DNA of 61,734 nt, the filler included, from a bacterium (lineage in GTDB: Bacteria; JALSQH01), in the NCBI GenBank assembly GCA_026985515.1. It is 9 parts of 9 records of this genome, joined end to end, with 100 filler letters (N's around TTAATTAATTAA, not from the genome) between each part and the next. Parts side by side here need not be neighbours in the genome. Positions count along the whole stretch, not along the records: positions 13,965 to 20,756 come from JALSQH010000242.1; positions 20,857 to 27,634 come from JALSQH010000243.1; 7 more parts are not named here. One strand, 5' to 3'. Below, piece after piece: positions 18,158 through 27,371 of this stretch. The position numbers and the translations under genes were made by a program. The first letter of the stretch is position 1; every line of letters starts with the position of its first letter. Under the pieces are notes generated by a model. It ran no database searches, had not been told where the DNA came from, and worked only from the letters and a program-made list of their open reading frames with translations.

Positions 18158-20080
18158 ATGAATATTTATGTTTCCCTTTTTCTCCTCTATCTTTTATCTT
18201 TGATTCCCCTATTTCTGGCAAGGGTAACTCTTTTATTGCTGTATCATTTCAGAAACCTTACTACAGTGGAAATCATTCTTTCATTCCTGATGGGGCTGAG
18301 AATAGACATCATTACCCTCAATACATTCCTGGGTTTATTTATTTTCCTCCTGGCCATTCCATCGAAGAAAATCCAGAAAAAGTGGTTCAGGGGAACAGTC
18401 GTTACACTCTGGTACCTGGTGCTCGTTGTAATTATTATTTTCTCATTTGGTGACGTTTTCTATTTTGGATTTGTCAATCGACATGTAACAAAAGAGGTTG
18501 TTGCCCTTCAGAATGATATTCACTACATAATAAAATATGAAATGTTCGGGAGATATCTCCCATACACCCTCATAACTTTCCTGCTTCTTGCCATTTATTA
18601 CATACCCTTTCTTAAAATTGCTCTCAAGCCTGTGAAACTGCCTGAAAAATTCGCGACAAGAAGCCTGTACACCATTTTACTTCTTGCCTTCATCATAATA
18701 GGAATACGAGGTAAAATTACAGGCAGACCATTCCAGATAGTTGATGCCTTTTTTGACAATAAGGCATCCACAGGGAATCTTGCCCTGAATGGATTCTACA
18801 CTTTTTACAGAACGTCCTTCTTCAAGGAAAATGAACAAAAAAGATCATACAGACATATTGATGAGGCAATTAAATATGTGAGAGAAAAACTGAAAAGCGA
18901 AAGGACAGAATTCATTTCTGAAAAATACCCTCTTGAAAGAAGGTTCACAAGCTTCACCAGTGTTATTACCGGTTCATCTCACAGGAAATACAATGTTATT
19001 ATCATCCTTCTTGAAAGTTTTTGCGCCAAGTACATTGACAGTTTTAATGACGGAGTGGGTGCAAAATTTCATGTCACACCAAATTTTGATAAGCTGGCAT
19101 CAGAAGGGATATCCTTTACAAACTTCTACGCCAACGGAGTCAGAAGTCTTGATGGTATTCTCGCCATTTTCACCGGACTTGTAAGACCCTTTGGCTTTGA
19201 CTATATCGGGTTTGGCCTGGAATTATCCAACATGTCATACATAGGAAGAATTGCAAAAGCTAACGGTTATAAGACAATTGCCATGCAATCTTCCAAAAGG
19301 GATTCTTTTAAAATTGGTTCAACAGCAAAAATGGCTGGATTTGATCAGGTTTATGGTGCTGAGGATATGAAAAAGACAGGAGATGAGCAGGGATATCCAA
19401 CCTTTGGAATATGGGACAGATACATGTATGATCTGATGATAAAAAAAATTAACGAGACTGGAGAGCCATTCCTTGCCTTTGGATTTACATCAGCGACTCA
19501 CAGTCCTTTCAAGAGCCCAGGAAAAAAATGGGAAAAATATCCTCACAATGATAACAGTGTACTGGGATACCTTAATACACTCTACTATGCTGACTGGGCT
19601 ATCGGCCATTTTATAAGAGAAGCAAAGAAATACCCCTGGTTTAAAAGAACAATCTTTTTCTTTGTCGCTGATCATGCAATACCACTCTCAGATAAGCCTT
19701 TGAGAAAAATGGGGTTTAATATAAAAGATAGGCCTCTGGAATTTATGAGGATACCATTGATCATCTATGCCCCTTATCTTCTCAAGCCGCAGAAAATAAC
19801 CTTCACAGCGTCACAGGTGGATATCTTTCCAACAATACTTGATCTTCTTAAATTTAAAACTCCCTTTGCAACAATCTCAAATTCTCTCTTTGATAAACCA
19901 GCAGAAAGGTTTGCTCTGAATCTCAATGGATATCTTTACACCCTCGTTACAGATCATGGATATGTTCAATTTGATCAGAGATCTATCTACAACAAATATG
20001 GCGAATTTGATTTTCCACTGCTTATAAATCTGGATAAGAGTCTGAGCTACCTGTTTACCACGAACAGGATATATCCATAG
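18158..20080 (+). CDS. LTA synthase / MdoB-like membrane phosphotransferase (alkaline phosphatase superfamily)
   Basis: About five TM helices, then NVIIILLES, TPNFDKLA, ATHSPF, YADWAIG, FVADH, SQVDIFPTIL. Confidence 0.85.
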   Translation: MNIYVSLFLLYLLSLIPLFLARVTLLLLYHFRNLTTVEIILSFLMGLRIDIITLNTFLGLFIFLLAIPSKKIQKKWFRGTVVTLWYLVLVVIIIFSFGDVFYFGFVNRHVTKEVVALQNDIHYIIKYEMFGRYLPYTLITFLLLAIYYIPFLKIALKPVKLPEKFATRSLYTILLLAFIIIGIRGKITGRPFQIVDAFFDNKASTGNLALNGFYTFYRTSFFKENEQKRSYRHIDEAIKYVREKLKSERTEFISEKYPLERRFTSFTSVITGSSHRKYNVIIILLESFCAKYIDSFNDGVGAKFHVTPNFDKLASEGISFTNFYANGVRSLDGILAIFTGLVRPFGFDYIGFGLELSNMSYIGRIAKANGYKTIAMQSSKRDSFKIGSTAKMAGFDQVYGAEDMKKTGDEQGYPTFGIWDRYMYDLMIKKINETGEPFLAFGFTSATHSPFKSPGKKWEKYPHNDNSVLGYLNTLYYADWAIGHFIREAKKYPWFKRTIFFFVADHAIPLSDKPLRKMGFNIKDRPLEFMRIPLIIYAPYLLKPQKITFTASQVDIFPTILDLLKFKTPFATISNSLFDKPAERFALNLNGYLYTLVTDHGYVQFDQRSIYNKYGEFDFPLLINLDKSLSYLFTTNRIYP

Positions 20081-20756
20081 ATGAGTGCTGTTCTCAACAC
20101 AATCCTTCTCTATCTGATATCCCTCTCCGGATTCTTCCTTGTTAGAATTTTTCTCTATCTCAGGTATGACTTCAGTGATCTTACAACAATGGAAACAATC
20201 CTTTCATTCTTAAAAGGGTTACAGGTTGATATTATCACTCTGAACACCTTCACTGGAGTGTTTTTTCTGCTCCTTATTTTGCCATTCAAATTCGCAACTA
20301 AAAGGACCTACAGAAGAATTTTATCAATGTTATGGTTTTCTGTTCTTGCAGTTATGCTCATTCTTTCTGCCGGAGATGTCATCTATTATGGCTATGTTGG
20401 AAGACACATGACAAAGGAAATTCTCACTCTTGTACATGATACCGGCTTTCTTGCTGGTTCAGCTGTAACAGTTTACCTTCCATATACAATTGTTGCAATT
20501 GCCTTTATTATTCTAACTGGATACATATTCTGGAAAGTCTCTTCCGTTACCGTTACAATTCCTCAAAAAAGATGGACAAAAATAATCCTGATTTTTACAA
20601 CCATCGTTTTTCTCTTTTTTGGAGCCAGAGGGAAAATTTTGAGGAAACCTTTTGGTATTGCAGATGCCTTCATCAACGGCAAACTCTCATCCGGTAATCT
20701 TGCAATAAATGGATTCTACTCTTTCTACCGGACCTCCTTCTCCAGAAAAGGTGGGC
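20081..20756 (+). CDS. Second LTA synthase-family paralog, 3' truncated
   Basis: Shares DIITLNTF, GDV.Y.G.V.RH.TKE and GNLA.NGFY.FYRTSF with the upstream gene. Confidence 0.85.
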
Positions 20757-20856
20757 NNNNNNNNNNNNNNNNNNNNNNNNNNNNNNNNNNNNNNNNNNNN
20801 TTAATTAATTAANNNNNNNNNNNNNNNNNNNNNNNNNNNNNNNNNNNNNNNNNNNN
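20757..20856. other. Artificial contig linker
   Basis: N-run with TTAATTAATTAA. Confidence 0.99.
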
Positions 20857-22038
20857 TACAGTTGCCACTTCCATCGTGTCAACAAAGCCACCGGTAAAGT
20901 AAACAGGTGACTGTTTGTAAGAAACATGATACCTCGTCTCATACCATGATCTCCCGGGAGCCTCCCCCATATCCTTTCCACCAGAACTTTTGCAGATCCT
21001 CCTCACTGCTTCCCTCTCTGCATCAACAATATCCTCTTCCCCCTCAAACATGATTATAAGCAGATTCTCTCCAGGGAGCAAATTTATCATCTTTGCAAGC
21101 CAGTTGCCATGCTTCAAAAAGTACCTCTCCGCCCTTTTTATGATTTCAGGATACTTCCCGCTTATTTCACGAAACTTTTCCTTGATAAAGTTCTCCCTCT
21201 TTGCTGTCTCATCCTTCTCCCCGGAACCAACCATAATCGTATCAAGCTCGTCATATAGGCGCATAACAGGAGGTCTGATGCCAGCCTGAACGATTTTTCT
21301 CATGGCATTGAGACCCGCTTCAACACTTTTAAATCTGAACCCCAGAAAAGCTCTCTTTTCAGGGAGAGGATAAATTCTGAAATACAACCGGGTAAAAATT
21401 ATCATGGTACCCTCAGATCCAGCAGCGATCTCAAGGAAATTGGGATAGAGTACACCTCCAGGGAGAATTCCAGTATCCACAACCTTTCCTCCGGGGAGAA
21501 CTCCTCTGAAGCCAAGTAAAATGTCTTCAATTTTTCCATAAAAGGTTGAGAACTGCCCTGCAGACCTTGCAGCAACCCATCCACCAGGACTTGAACAGTA
21601 GATGGAAGATGGAAAATGCCCAAGGGTAAAACCATGAAAATTCAATTCCCTCTCCAGCCTCTCCCCAATAATACCTGGTTCCATAACAACCACCCTGTTT
21701 TCAGTATCAATATCAAGAATCCTGTTCATTCTTTTGAGATCAATGATAACCTCATTACGGAGAGGGAGGGTGGCTCCACAAACTCCTGACCCTGCACCAT
21801 AGGGAATGATATTGATGGAATGCTCTGAGGCAAATTTTACCAGATCAACCACTTCTTTCTCCCTTGCAGGTCTCACCACAAGGGAGGGTTTATGATAGGG
21901 AAAATTTCCATAGAGAAAGGAGAGTTGTGCAAATGGATAGAGGTCTCTTGAGTAGGCTATCAGTGAGGTTTTACTATCGTCAAACTCAATTCCCCTCTCC
22001 TCGCAAAAATTTTTAAGAACTTTAATTTCCTCTGCCAT
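20857..22038 (-). CDS. FAD-linked oxidoreductase, alkyl-dihydroxyacetonephosphate synthase-like; 3' truncated
   Basis: PYGAGSGVCG, TLGHFPSSIYCSSPGGWVAARSAGQFSTFYGKIED, GSEGT, RLYDE, VDTMEVA. Confidence 0.75.
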
Positions 22039-22477
22039 ACAACCTCTTTTCCTCTTTCAACCTCTCATTGAGAGATATGATGAGTTCTACTCCCTTCTTA
22101 AAGGGAACGCCGTAGGGACAGTAAATAGAATCAAGGTCAAATTTTTTCAACTCCTCAGCAAGATTGGCAATTACTATGAAATCTGGTTGTGATCTTGTAA
22201 GCAGTGATGGTATATCTGAGGGAGAAAGGGAATATTTTCTCAGAGTGGATTCAATAAATGGATTGTAATATCTGCATCTTCCACAATAGACACAACCACT
22301 CAGAGCCCTGAGAGTATCGTAATCTTCCCTTTTAAACTCTATCAGGTTATCGTCAATAAAATTTTTCTTGAAAAGGAGGAGTTGATTGGGTCTCCTTATC
22401 AATTTCCACAACTTTACTATCCAGTGCCTGATAAAAAAAAGCCCCAGAAATAAAATAGAGAGAAATCTTCTATTCAT
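22022..22477 (-). CDS. Small putative Fe-S protein with hydrophobic N-terminus
   Basis: CVYCGRC plus distal CP; overlaps both neighbours. Confidence 0.55.
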   Translation of the reverse strand: MNRRFLSILFLGLFFIRHWIVKLWKLIRRPNQLLLFKKNFIDDNLIEFKREDYDTLRALSGCVYCGRCRYYNPFIESTLRKYSLSPSDIPSLLTRSQPDFIVIANLAEELKKFDLDSIYCPYGVPFKKGVELIISLNERLKEEKRLYGRGN

Positions 22478-23720
22478 TTAGAAACCTCACCCCTCTCAGT
22501 GAAAAAATGGCGGATGAGATACCTGTACCTGAATTGGTGTAATCAACACCAGATACAACATTACCCACAGCATAGAGGTTTTCAAAGGTGGCTTCACCCC
22601 ATCTATTAACAGGTCTGCCAGCCGAATCCCTCCTCACCCCCGCGAACCAGATGGGATGAATCCCTGAAAAATCTTCAGAAAAGTAGCTCTGAATATCCTC
22701 CTCAGGTTTCAAAATTTCATCTCCAATGAATAGGGGGAAGTGAAAAATTGTTTCCTCAGCCCTCTTAAAATCCCTGTATATTCCTCCACCCAGAAATTTT
22801 CCAGTGGCAAGAATAAATTTATCACCTTCAATGGTATTCTGACTTTCAGTTGTCACGCTCTCAATTCTGTTTCCCGAAGCTTTGAAACCAACTACAGTGG
22901 CTTTAACTTTAACGATATCGTCAAAAATCCTCTCACACTCATTTTCCCACCTCAGGCCAAAGGGAGACTCTTCCACAGCCACCATTTCAGATACATTGGC
23001 AGAAATTTCATCGGTGAGCATCTCGTAATGTTCCTTCCACCTGATCACCCCCAGAATGGGAGGAATAAAGATATTGCCCCCTCTGTATTCTCTGAGAAGA
23101 TCAACTAATTTCTCAAAAACAGGGGGATTTCTGTCAAGTATCCTGTTTAATTCAAGAATTGAGTAATAACCCCTCTCGCAGAAGAGACCCACCTCTCTGA
23201 GAGTTACTTTCAGATCAAGTGATGAATTCTTCAGGCTTTTTTCCACAAAAAACTTTACTCTTTCAGCAGGAAGGTCAGAAATACATCGGGGAACCACAAC
23301 CACCACTTCGCCGGAAGAGGGAAGTGGAAGAATAGTTTTCCAGGAAGTAATACCAGTTCTGATCGTACCCTCCACAGTCAGAAATGGAAGGGTTTTGCTT
23401 GAAATGGGAAAAAACAGATTATCGCCTCTCGCAGTGGTAAAAACTTTTCTCAGATAACCTTCAATATCTTTGCCGGAAAATCCGTGGAAAATGTGCTGGG
23501 GAAAATAGGTGGCAACTCTTTCAAACAACTCTGAGATTTCCATACCTATCTGTTCCCCATGAGGAACACCGGGCAGCCAGCCCCCATTTACCACACCGGA
23601 GAACTGCCAGGTGGATCCCCTTCTGTTATCTATGGCGATAACCTCGTAACCTTTCTCTATCAGGAGTCTGGAGGCAAATCTCCCTGCACTTCCACAGCCA
23701 ATTACAACCACCCTCTCCAT
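22470..23720 (-). CDS. glpB: Anaerobic glycerol-3-phosphate dehydrogenase subunit B-like flavoprotein
   Basis: VVVIGCGSAG, FILATGKFLGGGI, FENLYAVG; directly follows glpA. Confidence 0.75.
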   Translation of the reverse strand: MERVVVIGCGSAGRFASRLLIEKGYEVIAIDNRRGSTWQFSGVVNGGWLPGVPHGEQIGMEISELFERVATYFPQHIFHGFSGKDIEGYLRKVFTTARGDNLFFPISSKTLPFLTVEGTIRTGITSWKTILPLPSSGEVVVVVPRCISDLPAERVKFFVEKSLKNSSLDLKVTLREVGLFCERGYYSILELNRILDRNPPVFEKLVDLLREYRGGNIFIPPILGVIRWKEHYEMLTDEISANVSEMVAVEESPFGLRWENECERIFDDIVKVKATVVGFKASGNRIESVTTESQNTIEGDKFILATGKFLGGGIYRDFKRAEETIFHFPLFIGDEILKPEEDIQSYFSEDFSGIHPIWFAGVRRDSAGRPVNRWGEATFENLYAVGNVVSGVDYTNSGTGISSAIFSLRGVRFLNE

Positions 23721-25354
23721 CAGAACTCCCTCAGTCCACTGTTACCGAGCAACTGACCGTGGAGAAGTTCCTCATAGGCCAGTTGAATACCAGCAAGGAC
23801 AGGTTTTCTCAATTTGAACATGTGTTGCATATATTCCCTGAGGAGCCAGGATCGGTATGAAGCATCTCCATTGTGGTACTCTCTCATTATTTCAGCGGCA
23901 ATCATGGCATTTCTTCCTCCACCTGGTCCCATGCCAAGCCTCGTTCTTCTGCTCACATCTGAAAGAGTAACAGCCATCTCATTCTTTATCACATAAAAGA
24001 TCTCAGCCTTCATCACCTGTTCATCAGGATCAACCATCATGAATCCATCCTTTGTCTCCTTTGCCATTTCAAGAATATCCACACTTCTGCTTCCATATCT
24101 GAAAATAAGTTTTGCAGCAGTCATGGGGGATATACCATATTCACCTGCCAGTGCCATCGGGTCCATCTTTTTCTCACCACCTGGAAGGGGGATTTTATGG
24201 GTTCTGCACTTTTTTCTTACCTTCAATTCCTTTGAAATAATGTCCACAGCCTCCTGGCTCATGAGCCTGTATGCGGCTAATTTCCCACCTGCTATACTGT
24301 AAAGGCCCTTAACACCATCCAGCTCACCATGGTTGTAGACTCTGTGATCTCTGGAAAGGTCATCCTCATTGACACCATACTGGTAAAGGGTGGGTCTGAT
24401 TCCAGCATAAGCCCTGATTATCCTTGCCTCCCTGACTCTGGGAACGACGGTTTCAATACTTGAAAGGAGATACTCAATCTCATCGTGGAGAATGGGAATG
24501 TTATCCAGATCTCCGAAGTAATCATCATCGGTGGTACCAATTATGGAGTTGTTTTCATGGGGCATGATGAATATTGACCTGCCGTCAAGCGCCTTTACAA
24601 TGATGCCATTATTGGAGAATCTCCTGTCAAGTACAATGTGAACCCCTTTACTGGGCCTGATTTTGATTCTCACTCCCGCTATATCAGCAACTTTCATCAA
24701 CCATGGACCGGTAGCAATAAAAACCACCTCACCCTGATATGTTTTCTCCTCCCCACTTATGCTGTTTCTGGTAACCACTCCCCTCACCCTGCCATTTTCC
24801 ACAATAAACTTTACCACCTCGGTATGATTGAGCACATCTGCACCCGCTTCCTTTGCAGAGACAGCGTTGAGGACAGTCAGCCTGTATGGATCAATTCCGA
24901 ACTCATCCATTGTAACAGCACCTGCAATATCTTCAGAAACCTCAGGTTCAATCTCCCTGACCTCTTTTGCAGAAAGCCTTGCGTGGGGCTTTCCATTTTT
25001 CAGAGGGGCAAAAAAATCATACGCTTCAAAATAGGTTTCAAGTAACTCGGCAAATATTTTTGAGTCACCCTCTTTGAAGGGGTAGAGAAACGGGATGCGG
25101 AAGAGGAGATGAGGGGCAATTTTCTGAATGTAACCACTGTCAACACACGATTTTCTGGTGGTATGAACATCTGATATGAGGTATCGCAGACCACCATGAA
25201 TCATGCCACTGCTTCCACCAGTGGCACCAACAGCAAAATCGTCCTTCTCAATGAGGAGAGTTTTAATTCCCCTGAGAGCCGCGTCCCTCGCTATGCCCGC
25301 ACCATTTACCCCCCCACCTACCACAATTAACTGATAAGAATCCTTCTCACTCAT
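23720..25354 (-). CDS. glpA: FAD-dependent glycerol-3-phosphate dehydrogenase (GlpA/GlpD family)
   Basis: VVGGGVNGAGIARDAALRG, SSGMIHGGLRYL, IGTTD, AGIRP, GGKLAAYRLM, RRTRLGMG. Confidence 0.88.
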   Translation of the reverse strand: MSEKDSYQLIVVGGGVNGAGIARDAALRGIKTLLIEKDDFAVGATGGSSGMIHGGLRYLISDVHTTRKSCVDSGYIQKIAPHLLFRIPFLYPFKEGDSKIFAELLETYFEAYDFFAPLKNGKPHARLSAKEVREIEPEVSEDIAGAVTMDEFGIDPYRLTVLNAVSAKEAGADVLNHTEVVKFIVENGRVRGVVTRNSISGEEKTYQGEVVFIATGPWLMKVADIAGVRIKIRPSKGVHIVLDRRFSNNGIIVKALDGRSIFIMPHENNSIIGTTDDDYFGDLDNIPILHDEIEYLLSSIETVVPRVREARIIRAYAGIRPTLYQYGVNEDDLSRDHRVYNHGELDGVKGLYSIAGGKLAAYRLMSQEAVDIISKELKVRKKCRTHKIPLPGGEKKMDPMALAGEYGISPMTAAKLIFRYGSRSVDILEMAKETKDGFMMVDPDEQVMKAEIFYVIKNEMAVTLSDVSRRTRLGMGPGGGRNAMIAAEIMREYHNGDASYRSWLLREYMQHMFKLRKPVLAGIQLAYEELLHGQLLGNSGLREF

Positions 25355-25401
25355 GTTATCTATTTTACAGAGATGGTGTTAGCAGTCAAAGGGAAAGAGA
25401 A

Positions 25402-25561
25402 ACCCAAAATCACAATTAGGAGATTTTGGGTGACTAAAGATTTATTATTCAAAACTTATACCTTATATTCCGCCGTCACCTAAAGGGTGACGGCTGTGAG
25501 GTGCTGATTTATAGTGATAAAAAGGCAGAGATGGATTAACCAGATTTCTATTTGATGATTT
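25402..25561. repeat. Dispersed double-hairpin element, copy A
   Basis: Aligns over its length with 33955-34094; hairpins ACCCAAAATC/GATTTTGGGT and GCCGTCACC/GGTGACGGC. Confidence 0.85.
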
Positions 25562-26362
25562 CGGTGATAAATTCGTCCTGTATTTCTTATCTGTTAAGAA
25601 TCTTTTAGCATCTATCTTCTTCTCCTTTATCCCTTTATAAACTAAATTATCAATCTGCCTTAATATCTCCCCGCTCTTCTCCAAGTTTATTCCAAGCAAT
25701 TTCGCAATTTCTTTAAACAGCTTTTTGAGTTCCTCATAACCTTCTTTAGTGTGTTTTTCCTTTTGTTGTACGTTTTTGGCCTCTTTTTTTGTTCCCCCTG
25801 TCCAGCCCTTTTGGTCTTCTCTTTTTGTAGCCGTCTGTGTCTGCCCCGCCGTAATCTCCTGCTTCTTCTTCTCATGCACCCCTTTCTCCAGCGCATTGGA
25901 CACGCTCTGTAGATGATCGAAGAGGAGTGTATCTAAATAATTAAACTCCTTTATTGAAGCTATGAAGTTGCCTTTAGCTTCCTCCACCTCCTTATTATTT
26001 CCTGCTTTCAGGTTCATATAGTAGCTTTTCAAATAGCTCTTAGCCATAGTGAGGGAAGTATAAGCTTCCTCTATCTCCTTTTTAGTCTCCTCACTCAACC
26101 CGGGCATCTTCATTAGCTTTTCATACACATTTTGCCATCTATCCAAGACGTTTATGAGCTCCTTTATCTTCTCATTTCTCTGCTTAATAAGAGCTGCCTT
26201 CTCCTCGGGCGTTTTAGCCTGAGAGATTTTTTTGCTTATACCTGCAATTTCAGCCAATAGCAGTTTCTCTTTATCTGCTAGCCTATTTTCCTGATGTATT
26301 TGTCTGTCTAAAAGCTCTTTGTTAATACCTTTCTTTTTGCCGGCTTCGACTGTTGAGCCCAT
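25463..26362 (-). CDS. Orphan Lys/Glu-rich helical protein whose last ~33 codons lie inside repeat copy A; possibly truncated
   Basis: 299-aa ORF, no recognisable motif. Confidence 0.6.
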   Translation of the reverse strand: MGSTVEAGKKKGINKELLDRQIHQENRLADKEKLLLAEIAGISKKISQAKTPEEKAALIKQRNEKIKELINVLDRWQNVYEKLMKMPGLSEETKKEIEEAYTSLTMAKSYLKSYYMNLKAGNNKEVEEAKGNFIASIKEFNYLDTLLFDHLQSVSNALEKGVHEKKKQEITAGQTQTATKREDQKGWTGGTKKEAKNVQQKEKHTKEGYEELKKLFKEIAKLLGINLEKSGEILRQIDNLVYKGIKEKKIDAKRFLTDKKYRTNLSPKSSNRNLVNPSLPFYHYKSAPHSRHPLGDGGI

Positions 26363-26415
26363 GTTAATTATTTTAGTAAGCCTGTTTTTAAAGTATTGCC
26401 TTTCTGTTCAGCCAG

Positions 26416-27306
26416 CTACCAATCATCTAGTATTTTATCAATCTCCTTGTTTATTCTTTTCCTTTTCTTAACATAATTCCCAATCTTCTCCGCCGTCTCG
26501 TGCCATCCTTTTTCTTCTTTATCCAGCTCTTCCGCCTTCTTAGAATGCACATACATCCCTACCGTCAGTTTCCAATTCTTAAAGTAGCCACTCAATTCCA
26601 TTAGCATATACCCATAAGCAGCATAATCGGCTCCTTTATCCAAGCAGCTATCCTTATAACCCGCACAGTAACCATTTAACGCTCTGTTAAAGTAATTATA
26701 CCCAACATTAACATTTATTTCTCCCATTTTTTCATACTGCTCAGCCAACCGCTTGGCATCTTCTTCTGTTATGTTTAGAAAGGGCCCATATCTAGCAGCT
26801 TCTACTTCTTTTTCTGCAATCTTATCTATAGATTCTTCAAATGAAATCTCTCCTTTAATGTACTGCTTATGATATGTCTTTGTTTCATCATACAGCTTAA
26901 GCACCTTCTCCATAGCTCTTTTACCTATCTCCTGTTTTGTAGGCTCCCTTCCCAGCTCTTCTTTAAGCTCCTCTATTATTTCTTTCTTTGCTCCTTCAAA
27001 TGCTTCAAGTGTTTTCTTATAATCATCAGCATCTCCGAAAATAAATTTCGTCCATTTATCGTAACTTTCATCAAGAGCTCTTTTCTCCTCATCTGTTAAT
27101 TTCGTCCTCCCCATCATACTCCTTACATCTAAGTAATCCGCCCTCAGCTCTTTAACGCTTATAACCTCTTCAACTACATCCTTAAACTTATCACTTATCT
27201 TTAAGGGCGTTCTATTCACTGCCTTTCCCTTAAATGAATGAATAGTAAAAGCAGCAATTCCTGTAATTAAGAGAAAATAAAATGAATTTACCAACTTCTT
27301 CATCAC
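26416..27306 (-). CDS. Orphan protein with N-terminal signal/TM segment
   Basis: 296-aa ORF, GGAGG RBS, no recognisable motif. Confidence 0.7.
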   Translation of the reverse strand: MMKKLVNSFYFLLITGIAAFTIHSFKGKAVNRTPLKISDKFKDVVEEVISVKELRADYLDVRSMMGRTKLTDEEKRALDESYDKWTKFIFGDADDYKKTLEAFEGAKKEIIEELKEELGREPTKQEIGKRAMEKVLKLYDETKTYHKQYIKGEISFEESIDKIAEKEVEAARYGPFLNITEEDAKRLAEQYEKMGEINVNVGYNYFNRALNGYCAGYKDSCLDKGADYAAYGYMLMELSGYFKNWKLTVGMYVHSKKAEELDKEEKGWHETAEKIGNYVKKRKRINKEIDKILDDW

Positions 27307-27371
27307 AAACCTCCCACTTGCCTTATCACTTTCATTTTATTACCGATTCAGGAGAAATGCAAGGAAAGGGA

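Noticed and set aside
25428-25456. dif/Xer-like or attC-like site within the double-hairpin element
   Set aside because: Weak match to XerC/XerD arms, the segment is partly deleted in copy B, and there are no clear RYYYAAC/GTTRRRY ends.
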